NCBI GenBank assembly: GCA_965204375.1
Contig: OZ241986.1
Span: 3,520,001-3,584,000 of the forward strand
DNA length: 64,000 nucleotides
Direction of reading: 5' to 3'
DNA from: Candidatus Latescibacterota bacterium
GTDB lineage: Bacteria; Latescibacterota; UBA2968
The notes beneath the pieces were generated by a model. The model was not told the DNA's origin, searched no databases, and saw nothing but the letters and a program-made list of their open reading frames with translations. Below, in pieces: positions 15,689 to 25,943 of the stretch; position 1 is the stretch's first letter; each line of letters begins with the position of its first letter. The translations under genes were made by a program, and so were the position numbers.

Positions 15689-18100
15689 ATGTTTGAAAAC
15701 TATCTAAAAGTTGCAGTTCGAAACCTGATTAAATTTAAGATGTTTTCATTTCTGAATATCAGTGGTTTAGCTATTGGGATGGCCTGTTGTATTTTGGTTG
15801 TTTTATATATACAGGATGAAATAGGGTACGACCAGTTCCACGAAAAAAGCAATCACATTTACCGGGTGCTAAGAGAAAGGAAAGCCCATAGCGGTGAATC
15901 CCATACGCAGCCGGGCACTTCAGGGGCGCTTGCACCTTCTCTGCTGAAAGATTTTTCAGAAATACAAAGTGCTGTCCGTACCTGGGACATTGATACGTGG
16001 ATAAACTACAAAGAAAAATGGTTTCAACAAAAATTTATGATGACCGATTCTAAAATCTTTGAAATCTTCTCTTTTCCTTTCTTAAAAGGCGATCCGAGGA
16101 CAGCTCTGGTGGAACCTTATACCATTGTTCTCACCCAGGAAATGGCAAATAAATTCTTCCCTGAAGAAGATCCCATAGGCCGAACAATCACCGTTGAACA
16201 CCGATATTTTAGAGGGGATTACAAAATCACAGGTGTCCTGGAAGATATACCAATAAATTCGACAATTCAATTCGACTGTCTCGCTTCGTCTGCATCATCG
16301 GAATGGAGACAAAAAGAATTTGCTGGCATTGTGTGGGAAAGGTGGCAGCGCGAGAGTGGTTGGCTACCAATAGAAACTTTTATTTTGCTACAAGAAGGGG
16401 ACCCACCTTCCAAATTGGAACAGAAATTGAGCGACTTTATGGCCCGCTATATGGGAGAGGAAGTCCGATCACATAATGTCTATCACCTTCAGCCGCTCAA
16501 CCGCATTCACCTCTATTCTAACGTAGATTACGGTATGACCATGTATAGTGACATCTCGTATATCTACTTACTCTCTACACTTGCCTTTTTTATTCTACTC
16601 ATTGCCTGTATCAATTTTATGAATCTCGCTACGGCACGCGCCACCACCAGGGCAATGGAAGTAGGTATGCGTAAGGTGGTGGGTGCCAATCGGCGGGTAT
16701 TAATTGTACAATTTTTGGGAGAATCCCTTCTGCTATCATTGCTCGCCCTCTTGTTGGCATTGAGTTTGGTTGAGCTTTTCCTACCTACCTTTAATGCCTT
16801 TACACTTAAGGCATTGTCGCTAAGTATCCAGAACGGATCTCTATTGGTCGGATTATCCGGTATTACGGTATTGGTCGGCCTATTTTCCGGAATTTATCCT
16901 GCTTTTATTTTATCTGCCTTTGAACCCATGGATATTCTCAAAGGAGGCAAGTTAGTTTCCACTAAAAACAGCACTCGATTCCGAAAGGGATTGGTTATTT
17001 TTCAATCCTCAATTTCTGTTATATGTATCATCGGCACGATAACCGTCTTCAATCAAATGAATTATATGAGGAATAAAGACCTGGGTTTCGATAAAGATCA
17101 GGTCCTGATCATGGAGTTATACATGACAGATCGGTCATTGACGAGCAATTATCGTGCAATACATCAGGAATTTCTAAAACATCCAGATATATTGGCGGCA
17201 ACGGCTTCTCATACATTGCCCAATATTGGGTGGGGAGAGCGCTGGGTAGTTTATCCAGAAGGAAGTAATTCGGATGATTGGGAGATGAATATATTGGCAG
17301 CTGATGAGAACTTTATGGACTTATTTCAGATCGAAATTAAAGAAGGCCGAAATTTCTCAAGCGACATTGCACGCGATACCACAAATGCCTATATCCTGAA
17401 TGAAACGGCGGTCAAACAACTGGGTTGGGAGAAGCCAATTGGCAAACGATTTGAGTGGAATGATAGGCCTGGAAAAGTGATTGGCGTCGTCGAGGATTTT
17501 CATCTGCTATCTCTGCACGAAAAAATAGGACCTGTTTTCGTCTGCATGTGGGTTCCCAAATGGAATTATCTCTCCCTCAAAATTAAAAAAGATAATGTTG
17601 CCAACACGATCCAATTCGTGGAGAACCAGTGGAAACGACTAATCCCAAATTTCCCCTTCAATTTTTATTTTTTAGATGAAAACATAGATAAATGGAATTA
17701 TGAGGCTGAGATAAAATTAGAAAAAATGCTCCGATTAGTATCATTGATTACAATTATGGTATCCTGTCTGGGCTTATTTGGGCTAACTGCCTTTACCGTG
17801 CAGTATCGCAACCACGAAATGAGTATCCGAAAGGTACTGGGTGCTTCTAAGTCCAATATCTGGTGGTTGCTCGTGAGGGATTTTTTAGGACTCATTTTAT
17901 TGACCAATATCATTGCATGGCCCATAGCTTTTTTCGTCATGGAGGCCTGGCTGCAGGATTTTCATTATCGCGTTCAGGTGGATCTTATCACGCTGATCCT
18001 GAGCAGTGGTATATTCCTGATGATTGCCCTGCTTACCATAGTCTATCATACCCTGAAAACTGCTCTACTAAATCCCATTCATCATTTGCGTTACAAGTGA
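15689..18100 (+). CDS. MacB/FtsX-type ABC transporter permease
   Basis: MFENYLKVAVRNL, ACINFMNLATAR, EVGMRKVVGA; paralogue of 11921-14320. Confidence 0.95.
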   Translation: MFENYLKVAVRNLIKFKMFSFLNISGLAIGMACCILVVLYIQDEIGYDQFHEKSNHIYRVLRERKAHSGESHTQPGTSGALAPSLLKDFSEIQSAVRTWDIDTWINYKEKWFQQKFMMTDSKIFEIFSFPFLKGDPRTALVEPYTIVLTQEMANKFFPEEDPIGRTITVEHRYFRGDYKITGVLEDIPINSTIQFDCLASSASSEWRQKEFAGIVWERWQRESGWLPIETFILLQEGDPPSKLEQKLSDFMARYMGEEVRSHNVYHLQPLNRIHLYSNVDYGMTMYSDISYIYLLSTLAFFILLIACINFMNLATARATTRAMEVGMRKVVGANRRVLIVQFLGESLLLSLLALLLALSLVELFLPTFNAFTLKALSLSIQNGSLLVGLSGITVLVGLFSGIYPAFILSAFEPMDILKGGKLVSTKNSTRFRKGLVIFQSSISVICIIGTITVFNQMNYMRNKDLGFDKDQVLIMELYMTDRSLTSNYRAIHQEFLKHPDILAATASHTLPNIGWGERWVVYPEGSNSDDWEMNILAADENFMDLFQIEIKEGRNFSSDIARDTTNAYILNETAVKQLGWEKPIGKRFEWNDRPGKVIGVVEDFHLLSLHEKIGPVFVCMWVPKWNYLSLKIKKDNVANTIQFVENQWKRLIPNFPFNFYFLDENIDKWNYEAEIKLEKMLRLVSLITIMVSCLGLFGLTAFTVQYRNHEMSIRKVLGASKSNIWWLLVRDFLGLILLTNIIAWPIAFFVMEAWLQDFHYRVQVDLITLILSSGIFLMIALLTIVYHTLKTALLNPIHHLRYK

Positions 18101-18185
18101 TTGTTCTTGGGCTGCATCGGTGGGCATATCCTCCTCGGACAGACACACTGAATCACCTGCGCCCAACACTCAGTGAGAGGCACCA

Positions 18186-20552
18186 ATGTTCAAAAATTAT
18201 GTCTTAGTAATGATCAGAAATCTCAGACGAAATACGATCTATGCCACAATTAACGTCCTGGGGCTTGCCATAGGTCTGGCCTGTTGTATTGACATTGGTT
18301 TCTTTATTCACCGCGAAATGAGCTTTGATTTCATGCACGCGAAGTTGGATAAGATCTACCGCGTTTTGAGAGAAACGGGCGATATGGACAACCGCCGTTT
18401 CACAGCATCTTGTCCGCCTCCTCTGGGTCCAGCTATCCAGCAAACCCTCCCAGAAATTTCAAAGGTTGTACGCCTCCTGAATCCGGACAATCCCCCGCCT
18501 GTTATATCTTATGACGATAAGAAATTCTATGAAAAAAATTTCTACTTCGCTGACACAAACTTTCTGAATGTATTTAGCTTTCAACTGCTTGCGGGTGACA
18601 AGCAATCTGTCCTGAATGAACCATTTTCCGTAGTGATTACAGAATCTATTTCAAAGAAATATTTCGGTAGCCAGAACCCTATAGGAAAAATTCTAAAATT
18701 TAAAAACCATCTCGACTTAAAGGTCACAGGTATCATACAGGACATGCCTATCACATCCAGTCTCCAATGTGAATTTATAGCGTCATTTTCAACAATTCAA
18801 CGTTGGCTTGGCAAAGCGCATTTAGATAATTGGGACATATCGATGTACTCCACGTACGTTCTCCTTGAAGATGGTGCTGCGATTCAACCTGTTTATGAAG
18901 GAAACTTTTTGGGCATACCCGCAACACAAGATGAACGGATACATTTTCAGCCAATGCGAAGAATTCACCTGTATTCTCAAAAAGACTATGGAATAGGAAG
19001 CACTGGCAACATCAATGAAGTTTATAGCTATTCATTGATCGCAATTCTGGTATTGTTTGTCGCCTGTATAAACTTCACCAATCTGGCGACAGCACAATCA
19101 CTTCAGAGAGCCAGAGAAGTTGGCCTGCGTAAAGTTGTAGGAGCACAAAAGTGGCAGTTGATCACACAACATCTGGGAGAGGCTGTTTTTTTAGTATTTC
19201 TCGCACTTGTATTAGCAATAAGTCTATTGGAAAATTTTTCTTTGATGCAGAGCATTTTTGCGACGGGTATCATCTCGAATCTGAGCAATTGGAAAGTCAT
19301 ATCTCTGTTGTGCATATTGGGTTTGCTGATCGGCATAATGGCGGGTTTATATCCCGCTTTTGTCATATCGTCATATACACCCGATCAGATTTTAAAGGGC
19401 AAATCTTCGGGCAAATCAAAATCCAATTTTAGAAATTCTCTCGTTATTACACAGTTCGCTGTATCGGCTACCTTACTCGTAGGCACTTTTGTTACAAGCG
19501 ATCAAATCTCCTTTTTGAGAAACCAAAATCCCGGTTTTGATGCCGAACAAATAATGGTTGTTCCACTTCGCTCCGATGCCTTGAGAAAAAATCCAGAACC
19601 AGTGAAAAGTATATTACAAAAACATCCCAACATAATCCAAGCCAGTGCGGTGGGTTTGTTGCCTGCTGGCCCTATGGGATCGAGCATGTTTCGTGTGGAT
19701 CAGAATGCAGAACTCCGAATGGATATATTATGGATAGATTATGACTTCATTAAAACTCTTGGCGTGAATTTGATGGCAGGACGTGATTTTTCACGCGCGT
19801 TTGCCGGTGATCAAAATGAATCTTTTATTCTAAACGAAACAGCGATCCGCTATGCTGGATATAAAGACGCGCAAACCGCAATTGATCAGCCATTTCATAA
19901 GGTATCAGAGGGCAAGACCATAGACCGCGGATCAATAATTGGTGTTGTCGAGGATTTCAACTTCAAATCCTTTAAGCAACACATCTCACCGCTTGTCATT
20001 CGGATCAAATCCTGGCCAACATATTTGCTGATAAGATGTGCTCCCAATGACCTGTCACATACCGTTGAATCAATACAAGCCATTATGCAGAGTTTTGATA
20101 TGGAGAATCCTTTTGAATACAGTTTTTTAGATCAAAAATTTGATGCGTTTTATCACCGTGAAGAAAAACGCAAGCGGTTATTCAGTTCATTTTCAATACT
20201 GGCGATATTTGTTAGTGCCATCGGTATGTTCGGCCTCTCATTTTACACCGCCAATATCCGAAAACGAGAAATCGGGATTCGAAAGGTTCTCGGCGCATCT
20301 GAAATGAATCTTCTAATGATGGTCAGTAAAGAGACCCTTAGCCTCATTCTCATTGCGAACATCATAGCCTGGCCAATCGCGTATTTTATCATGCAATCCT
20401 GGCTTCAAAATTTCGCCTATCGTATTGACCTTGGTTTAAGTCCATTTATCCTGACAATTTGCACAACTATCGCTCTGGGTATAATGGCTATAAGCTACTA
20501 TGCGCTAAAGCTAATTCGCGAGAATCCGGTTGCCGTCTTTCGCGATAAATAA
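18186..20552 (+). CDS. MacB/FtsX-type ABC transporter permease
   Basis: MFKNY..RNL, ACINFTNLATA, REVGLRKVVGA, REIGIRKVLGAS. Confidence 0.95.
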   Translation: MFKNYVLVMIRNLRRNTIYATINVLGLAIGLACCIDIGFFIHREMSFDFMHAKLDKIYRVLRETGDMDNRRFTASCPPPLGPAIQQTLPEISKVVRLLNPDNPPPVISYDDKKFYEKNFYFADTNFLNVFSFQLLAGDKQSVLNEPFSVVITESISKKYFGSQNPIGKILKFKNHLDLKVTGIIQDMPITSSLQCEFIASFSTIQRWLGKAHLDNWDISMYSTYVLLEDGAAIQPVYEGNFLGIPATQDERIHFQPMRRIHLYSQKDYGIGSTGNINEVYSYSLIAILVLFVACINFTNLATAQSLQRAREVGLRKVVGAQKWQLITQHLGEAVFLVFLALVLAISLLENFSLMQSIFATGIISNLSNWKVISLLCILGLLIGIMAGLYPAFVISSYTPDQILKGKSSGKSKSNFRNSLVITQFAVSATLLVGTFVTSDQISFLRNQNPGFDAEQIMVVPLRSDALRKNPEPVKSILQKHPNIIQASAVGLLPAGPMGSSMFRVDQNAELRMDILWIDYDFIKTLGVNLMAGRDFSRAFAGDQNESFILNETAIRYAGYKDAQTAIDQPFHKVSEGKTIDRGSIIGVVEDFNFKSFKQHISPLVIRIKSWPTYLLIRCAPNDLSHTVESIQAIMQSFDMENPFEYSFLDQKFDAFYHREEKRKRLFSSFSILAIFVSAIGMFGLSFYTANIRKREIGIRKVLGASEMNLLMMVSKETLSLILIANIIAWPIAYFIMQSWLQNFAYRIDLGLSPFILTICTTIALGIMAISYYALKLIRENPVAVFRDK

Positions 20553-20573
20553 AAACGTGGAATAATCCGTCGT

Positions 20574-21389
20574 CTAATCGCCCGCCCCTGAAGGCCGCAC
20601 ATACAACGCCTCAAAGCGATCCTTCGCCTCCCATCCCAACAACCGCTTCGCTTTATCGGGCCGATACTTATCGTGCGGCAGCCGCGCGCAAATGAAAAAA
20701 TTCTCATAAAGCGACGGCATCTCGGGCGCTCGCAGTCCGCACAAAAACGCCGTACCCGTATCCTCCCACGACGTCGAATAGGGATGTGCGCCGCGCCCAT
20801 ATTCTTCGGGCAGCACCTCTCCCGGCCGAAACTGCGTATAGACAAACGCAAGCACCTCCAGGCCCTCGCGCTCGGCAAAAACGCGTGTCACATGCCCGCC
20901 CAGATACTTGGTCAGCGCGTAGAGATCATCGCCAGGATGCAGCGGAATATCGGCATCCAACTGAAAATCATTCCAATAATCGGCATTGTGGTCCAGCGAA
21001 GTGTGAAAAGGTCCCGTGTGGATCAGCCGCTTAATCCCACATGCCACGCAGGCCTTAGCCACATTGTACGCACCCACCATATTCACCTGAAAAGCCAGCA
21101 CCGGATGCGGCCGAATCACAGACACATTGATCGCCGCATCCATACCCTCACATGCGGCCAGCACCTGCTCGTAATCCGTAATATCCACAACCCGATTCTC
21201 GTGCGGCGGCCCCAACACCTCTGGAATCGGCGCCCGTGGACTTTGCGGCGGCGAAACCGCGATCTCTGTCATCAGACGAAGATCGGTCACTCGCAAAGTA
21301 TAGTGGTCTTTAAGCGCAGAAATCGCCGCTGCACCCACCGGACCACCCGCCCCAAACAACACCACATTGCCCTCATTTACAGTTGCCAT
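20574..21389 (-). CDS. NAD-dependent epimerase/dehydratase family protein
   Basis: VVLFGAGGPVG, VNMVGAYNV, YALTK (YxxxK); SD GAGAGG. Confidence 0.88.
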   Translation of the reverse strand: MATVNEGNVVLFGAGGPVGAAAISALKDHYTLRVTDLRLMTEIAVSPPQSPRAPIPEVLGPPHENRVVDITDYEQVLAACEGMDAAINVSVIRPHPVLAFQVNMVGAYNVAKACVACGIKRLIHTGPFHTSLDHNADYWNDFQLDADIPLHPGDDLYALTKYLGGHVTRVFAEREGLEVLAFVYTQFRPGEVLPEEYGRGAHPYSTSWEDTGTAFLCGLRAPEMPSLYENFFICARLPHDKYRPDKAKRLLGWEAKDRFEALYVRPSGAGD

Positions 21390-21399
21390 AATATCCCTC

Positions 21400-21969
21400 T
21401 CACGCAAAACGCCCACTCGACGCCACATGCGCCAGCGACCAGTGATGCCCTTCACGCTCGGCTGTAAGCGCATCGCGCACCGCCGCCACTACATCCTCTG
21501 CCACCGTCTCCACACCCAGCGCACCAAGACGCAAACAGCGCACTTCGATCTTGCCCGTACGCGCAATCTCTCGACCCACCAGCTCAGCCATAAACGGTGC
21601 TAACGACCCTGCCTCTGCTCGCGGTATCGCATTCCACCGGGGATCAACGATATATTCCTCCGGATAATCCCGCACCAAATCCAGACAACTCAACAGCACC
21701 ACCTTCTCAACACCGGCGGCACAGGCAGCCGTCAGAGCCACATAAGTACCCCGCGCCGCAGCATCGAGCAGAACCTGCTCACTATCCCCTATCGGATCAC
21801 TCGCCGCCGCGTACACAACAGCCTCTACGCCTTCCAGCACCGGATCTACCGACTCCCGCTCAAGCAAATCGACTTCCGAACCAATCGCCACCACCTCAAA
21901 ACCCGCACCCAACCCCGTCGCCAGCAGCGCACCCCAGGGACGATCCGCGCCAATCACTGCCACATTCAT
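21400..21969 (-). CDS. Short divergent NAD(P)-binding epimerase-like protein
   Basis: VAVIGA, RGTYVAL..AC.AGVEKVVLLS, CLRLG; YxxxK is absent; SD GAGGAGG. Confidence 0.7.
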   Translation of the reverse strand: MNVAVIGADRPWGALLATGLGAGFEVVAIGSEVDLLERESVDPVLEGVEAVVYAAASDPIGDSEQVLLDAAARGTYVALTAACAAGVEKVVLLSCLDLVRDYPEEYIVDPRWNAIPRAEAGSLAPFMAELVGREIARTGKIEVRCLRLGALGVETVAEDVVAAVRDALTAEREGHHWSLAHVASSGRFA

Positions 21970-22134
21970 AGTACTCCTCCTCAATTATCCCGCAATATAC
22001 GCGATACGCTCCGCGGAATGCAACCTTCAAAAAGCGCACATACCTATTTGTATTGCACCTGTATCTCAAAGGCTATATTTTGCCATCGATTAAACCGCAT
22101 CATCCACCATCTATTCCTTCAAGGAGAACCGGAC

Positions 22135-23880
22135 ATGGACCGCGAATCTATGACCAATGAAGAGAATTACTTCTTCGACACCAGAGGTTATATCATCATC
22201 CCCGGTGCCCTCACCTCGAAAGAAGTCGATTCCCTCAACAGCACCCTCGACGACGCCGGACCCACCGACAATCTCCTGACACTACCTGCCCCCCTGCGAG
22301 AACCCTTCCGCGATCTTCTTATCCATCCCGTCCTGGTCTGGTACCTCAACCAGATCTGTGGCCACGGCTTTCGCCTGGACAGAGCACCCCGCCTGATCGG
22401 AGAAGCTGCTGGCGACGATCCCAATGCCCCGCTACAGGGCAACAACGAACCCAGAGACACGGCCCGGGCCTACTACTTTCAGAACCAATACCGCGTCTGC
22501 CACGGCGTGCGCGTCATCTGGGCACTCTGCGATGTCAACCCGGACGACGACGGCGTAGTCCTGGTTCCTGCAAGCCACAAAAGCAATGTAGAAGCACCCG
22601 AAGACCTCCTCACAGGTGCAGACGACATGGACCTGGTCGAACAACCCGTGCTCAAAGCCGGCGACCTGCTCATCATTGCCGGAACCACCCTTCAGGGCCT
22701 CCGCCCCTGGAAAGGGCGCAATCCGCAACGCCTCATCGCCTGCGAATATGCCAACCGCGCTGTCCTGCAATCCAACGGATCAGGAGCAAAAATAGAACCC
22801 AGACCGGAATGGATGGCCAACCTCCCATCCGAACACCTGGCCGTCCTCTCCAACCCCGGATACAAAGACACCACCGACCCGCCGCCAACCCTCAATACCG
22901 ATGGCAAAAAGACCTGGCTGGAAAAATCGCCGGACATTCTCCACCCCTCGTTTTACAAACCCGACCCCGACGCTGGCATTGACCACAAAGAACTCTACTT
23001 CTGGGACCTCACCGGCTATCTCATCGTGCGCAATGTCATGGACGAAGAATGGCTGGCACGGGCCAACGAAGCCATCGACAAATTCTCCGATCGCATTGTC
23101 GTGGGCGAAGAACTCGCCCGGGGATCCAAAAGCCTCCGGGGCACCGGACGCCCCACGCTCAGCGGCCTTCTCCACCTGCCCGAACCCTATTGCGAACCCT
23201 TCCGCAAAATGCTCATCCACCCGGCCGTCATCGGCCGCCTCAACTGGATGATGGGCAGCGGATACCGGTGCAACGGGGCCACCGCCTTCTGTTCGGTCAA
23301 AGGCTCCACCGGGCACTCCCTCCACGGCGGTAACGAACCCCTCACACCCTCCCGAAGCTATGTCTTCCAGAACGGCCGCAGCCATGCCGAATTTGTCCGC
23401 GCTGTCTGGCAATTGCACGACACAACCCCTGGCGGAGGAGGATTCGTCTGCGTCCCGGGAAGCCACAAAGCCTATTATCGCATGCCCGAAGGCATCCGCA
23501 CCAGCGACGACGACATGGGCACCATCCGCCAACCCGTCCCGAAAGCCGGCGACATCCTCTTCTTTATGGACACCGTCCTCACCCACGGGGCCTGGCCCTG
23601 GAAATCCGACATCAGCCGCCGGTCCATCTTCTTCAGTTACTATTCCCGCCACCACTCCTATCGCGGCGGCGTCATCGAACCCGAAGACCGCTGGGGAGAA
23701 GACATAGTCGAAGGCATGACCGAAGCCCAATTTGCCGTCATGCGCGGTTCCACCCGCGATGCCAGGAGCAGAAACACGCCGCGCCTCGTTGTAGAAAACG
23801 GCCAGCTAAGTGTCTCCTACGACGCCATGGGAGACCGTTATGAATACCCGGTGCGAAGACCGGACGATAAGAGAAAATAA
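22135..23880 (+). CDS. Tandem two-domain PhyH-like Fe(II)/2OG dioxygenase
   Basis: Two repeats of YFFD..GY, VPASHK/VPGSHK and KAGD. Domain 2 has LHGG and THGA; domain 1 has LQGN and LQGL. Confidence 0.85.
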   Translation: MDRESMTNEENYFFDTRGYIIIPGALTSKEVDSLNSTLDDAGPTDNLLTLPAPLREPFRDLLIHPVLVWYLNQICGHGFRLDRAPRLIGEAAGDDPNAPLQGNNEPRDTARAYYFQNQYRVCHGVRVIWALCDVNPDDDGVVLVPASHKSNVEAPEDLLTGADDMDLVEQPVLKAGDLLIIAGTTLQGLRPWKGRNPQRLIACEYANRAVLQSNGSGAKIEPRPEWMANLPSEHLAVLSNPGYKDTTDPPPTLNTDGKKTWLEKSPDILHPSFYKPDPDAGIDHKELYFWDLTGYLIVRNVMDEEWLARANEAIDKFSDRIVVGEELARGSKSLRGTGRPTLSGLLHLPEPYCEPFRKMLIHPAVIGRLNWMMGSGYRCNGATAFCSVKGSTGHSLHGGNEPLTPSRSYVFQNGRSHAEFVRAVWQLHDTTPGGGGFVCVPGSHKAYYRMPEGIRTSDDDMGTIRQPVPKAGDILFFMDTVLTHGAWPWKSDISRRSIFFSYYSRHHSYRGGVIEPEDRWGEDIVEGMTEAQFAVMRGSTRDARSRNTPRLVVENGQLSVSYDAMGDRYEYPVRRPDDKRK

Positions 23881-23920
23881 AATACGTGACATACCAGAAT
23901 GGAGTCGCAAGTATGTTGGC

Positions 23921-24029
23921 AGACGCCGCGTCAGAAGATGGATTTGGCATTACAACGCGCGAAGGAGATCAGGAAATGAGTAAAGTAAGTGACTTGCACA
24001 AGAAATGGAGCCATGACCCAGAATACCGG
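23921..24029 (+). repeat. Direct-repeat fragment of the higB/higA junction (copy of 31101-31209)
   Basis: 109 bp, identical over ATGAGTAAAGTAAGTGACTTGCACAAGAAATGGAGCCATGACCCAGAATACCGG; 7,180 bp apart. Confidence 0.9.
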
Positions 24030-24159
24030 TTTATCTTGTATCTATATCTCAAAGGCTATATTTTTCATTAACCTCTTTGCGATTGGGATAATCCATGCGA
24101 TACCTGGCCTGAAAATCGGGCGATAGACGCACAGTAAGTAGGGAGAAGGAGAAAGTAGA

Positions 24160-25260
24160 ATGCCAGTACTAAAAAGCATTAATATCAGTGGTTTTCGATC
24201 CATCAAAGAGATGTCATTGGAGCTTCGACCTCTCAATATTTTGATTGGTGCTAATGGAGCGGGTAAAAGCAATCTCATTGCTTTTTTTAAATTCGTGAAT
24301 GAATTGATGGGCGGACGACTTCAGCAACATATAGGAGCAACGGGACGGGCCACAGGCAATTTGCACTTCGGCCCTAATATAACCCCTCAATTGGAAGCGG
24401 AAATGGTATTTGAGGTGGAGAATGGTACAGATACCTACTACATGAGACTGTTCCACGCTGCCGGTGATTCTCTGATTTTTGCTGAAGAAACACTCGCATT
24501 TCATCAAAAAGGCTATCCGAAACCCTGGCCCGTATCGCTGGGGAGTGGTCATCAGGAAACACGAATTATTAATGAAGCGGAAGAAGGTGGACCTACTGCA
24601 AGAACACTCAGGCATTTGCTGAATCATTGTCGCGTCTATCACTTCCACGATACTTCGCCAACTGCGAGAGTCCGGCAGTATTGTTACGTCGGCGACGATC
24701 GCTGGCTCATGCCCGACGCAGCGAATCTGGCAGCGGTATTGTATGCACTCAAGTCCCATAAGGAAAAGGTATATCGCCGGATTGTGGCGACGATTCGACA
24801 GGTAGCACCATTCTTTGAGGACTTTGATCTCGAGCCGACCAATTCCAGAGACATCATTCTCAACTGGCGTCATCACAAGTCCGATCTCATTTTCGGCCCC
24901 CATCAACTCTCGGACGGTACGCTACGGGCAATCTGTCTGATTTCGCTGCTGCTACAGCCGGAAGAAAATCTTCCATACCTGATTGTGGTAGATGAACCAG
25001 AACTCGGACTACACCCGTATGCGCTCGATGTAATTGCGTCGCTATTTCAAGCAGCAAGTGACCAAACACAGGTCCTCGTCAGTACGCAGTCCAGCGCGTT
25101 TCTCAACGCTTTTGAACCAGAGGACATTGTGGTTGTCGAGCGCAGTGATGAGGCTACAGAGTTTATCAGGCCAGATGCCGAAAAACTCGACGCGTGGCTG
25201 GAAGACTATTCGCTTGGAGAGATCTGGGAAAAAAACGTCATCGGTGGGGGGCCGCACTAA
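24160..25260 (+). CDS. ABC/SMC-like ATPase (AAA_21 type)
   Basis: GFRSI, GANGAGKS, LSDGT signature, IVVDEPELGLHP, VSTQS. Confidence 0.92.
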   Translation: MPVLKSINISGFRSIKEMSLELRPLNILIGANGAGKSNLIAFFKFVNELMGGRLQQHIGATGRATGNLHFGPNITPQLEAEMVFEVENGTDTYYMRLFHAAGDSLIFAEETLAFHQKGYPKPWPVSLGSGHQETRIINEAEEGGPTARTLRHLLNHCRVYHFHDTSPTARVRQYCYVGDDRWLMPDAANLAAVLYALKSHKEKVYRRIVATIRQVAPFFEDFDLEPTNSRDIILNWRHHKSDLIFGPHQLSDGTLRAICLISLLLQPEENLPYLIVVDEPELGLHPYALDVIASLFQAASDQTQVLVSTQSSAFLNAFEPEDIVVVERSDEATEFIRPDAEKLDAWLEDYSLGEIWEKNVIGGGPH

Positions 25261-25937
25261 TGTCTCGGCTCTATCTCTTTGCCGAAGGAACAACAGAGCA
25301 GACATTTGCCAATACGGTTTTGAAGTCGCATCTGGCAAATTTTGATGTTTACATGCACAAGCCGGTTTTAATTGCACACGCCCGAAAGAAAGGAAGAATT
25401 CATCGCGGGGGTGGAAGAAACTTTACAGCAATGCAGAATGACATCAACCGTTTTCTCAAGCAGGAGTCGGGACGTGATGTATTTTTTACCACCATGATTG
25501 ACCTTTATGCTCTGCATGCAAAATTTCCCGGCATGGAAGAAGCTGAAAAATTACGTCACGACCCGCACAAGCGAGTCGAAGCTCTCGAAAAATCTTGGCT
25601 TGAGGGAATCGGCGACAAACGATTTATCCCATTCATTCAGTTACATGAATTTGAAACTTATTTGTTTTGTGATGTATCCCTATTCGCTCACTTTTTTGAA
25701 AATGCAGATTCCCAAATCTCCGCTTTACAGGATGTCCAGCCTCCAGAACTGATTGACGACGGACAAGATACAGCCCCATCAAAACGCATCGCCGCCCAAT
25801 TTCCCAACTACTCAAAAGCAACAGTAAGCCCACAGATGGCCGAACTGATTGGTTTGGAAAACATCCGATCCAAATGCCCCCACTTTAATGCGTGGCTTGA
25901 ACAACTTGAAAAACTCGGAACACCTGAGAGGCACTGA
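25260..25937 (+). CDS. DUF4276-like (TOPRIM-like) protein
   Basis: LFAEGTTE, TTMIDLY, IQLHEFE, PELIDD..TAPSKRI, CPHFNAW; start overlaps the ATPase stop (TAATG). Confidence 0.82.
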   Translation: MSRLYLFAEGTTEQTFANTVLKSHLANFDVYMHKPVLIAHARKKGRIHRGGGRNFTAMQNDINRFLKQESGRDVFFTTMIDLYALHAKFPGMEEAEKLRHDPHKRVEALEKSWLEGIGDKRFIPFIQLHEFETYLFCDVSLFAHFFENADSQISALQDVQPPELIDDGQDTAPSKRIAAQFPNYSKATVSPQMAELIGLENIRSKCPHFNAWLEQLEKLGTPERH

Positions 25938-25943
25938 CGAATC

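Noticed and set aside
23886-24071. 61-aa ORF as a real gene
   Set aside because: A chimera of the duplicated higA start and the duplicated promoter.
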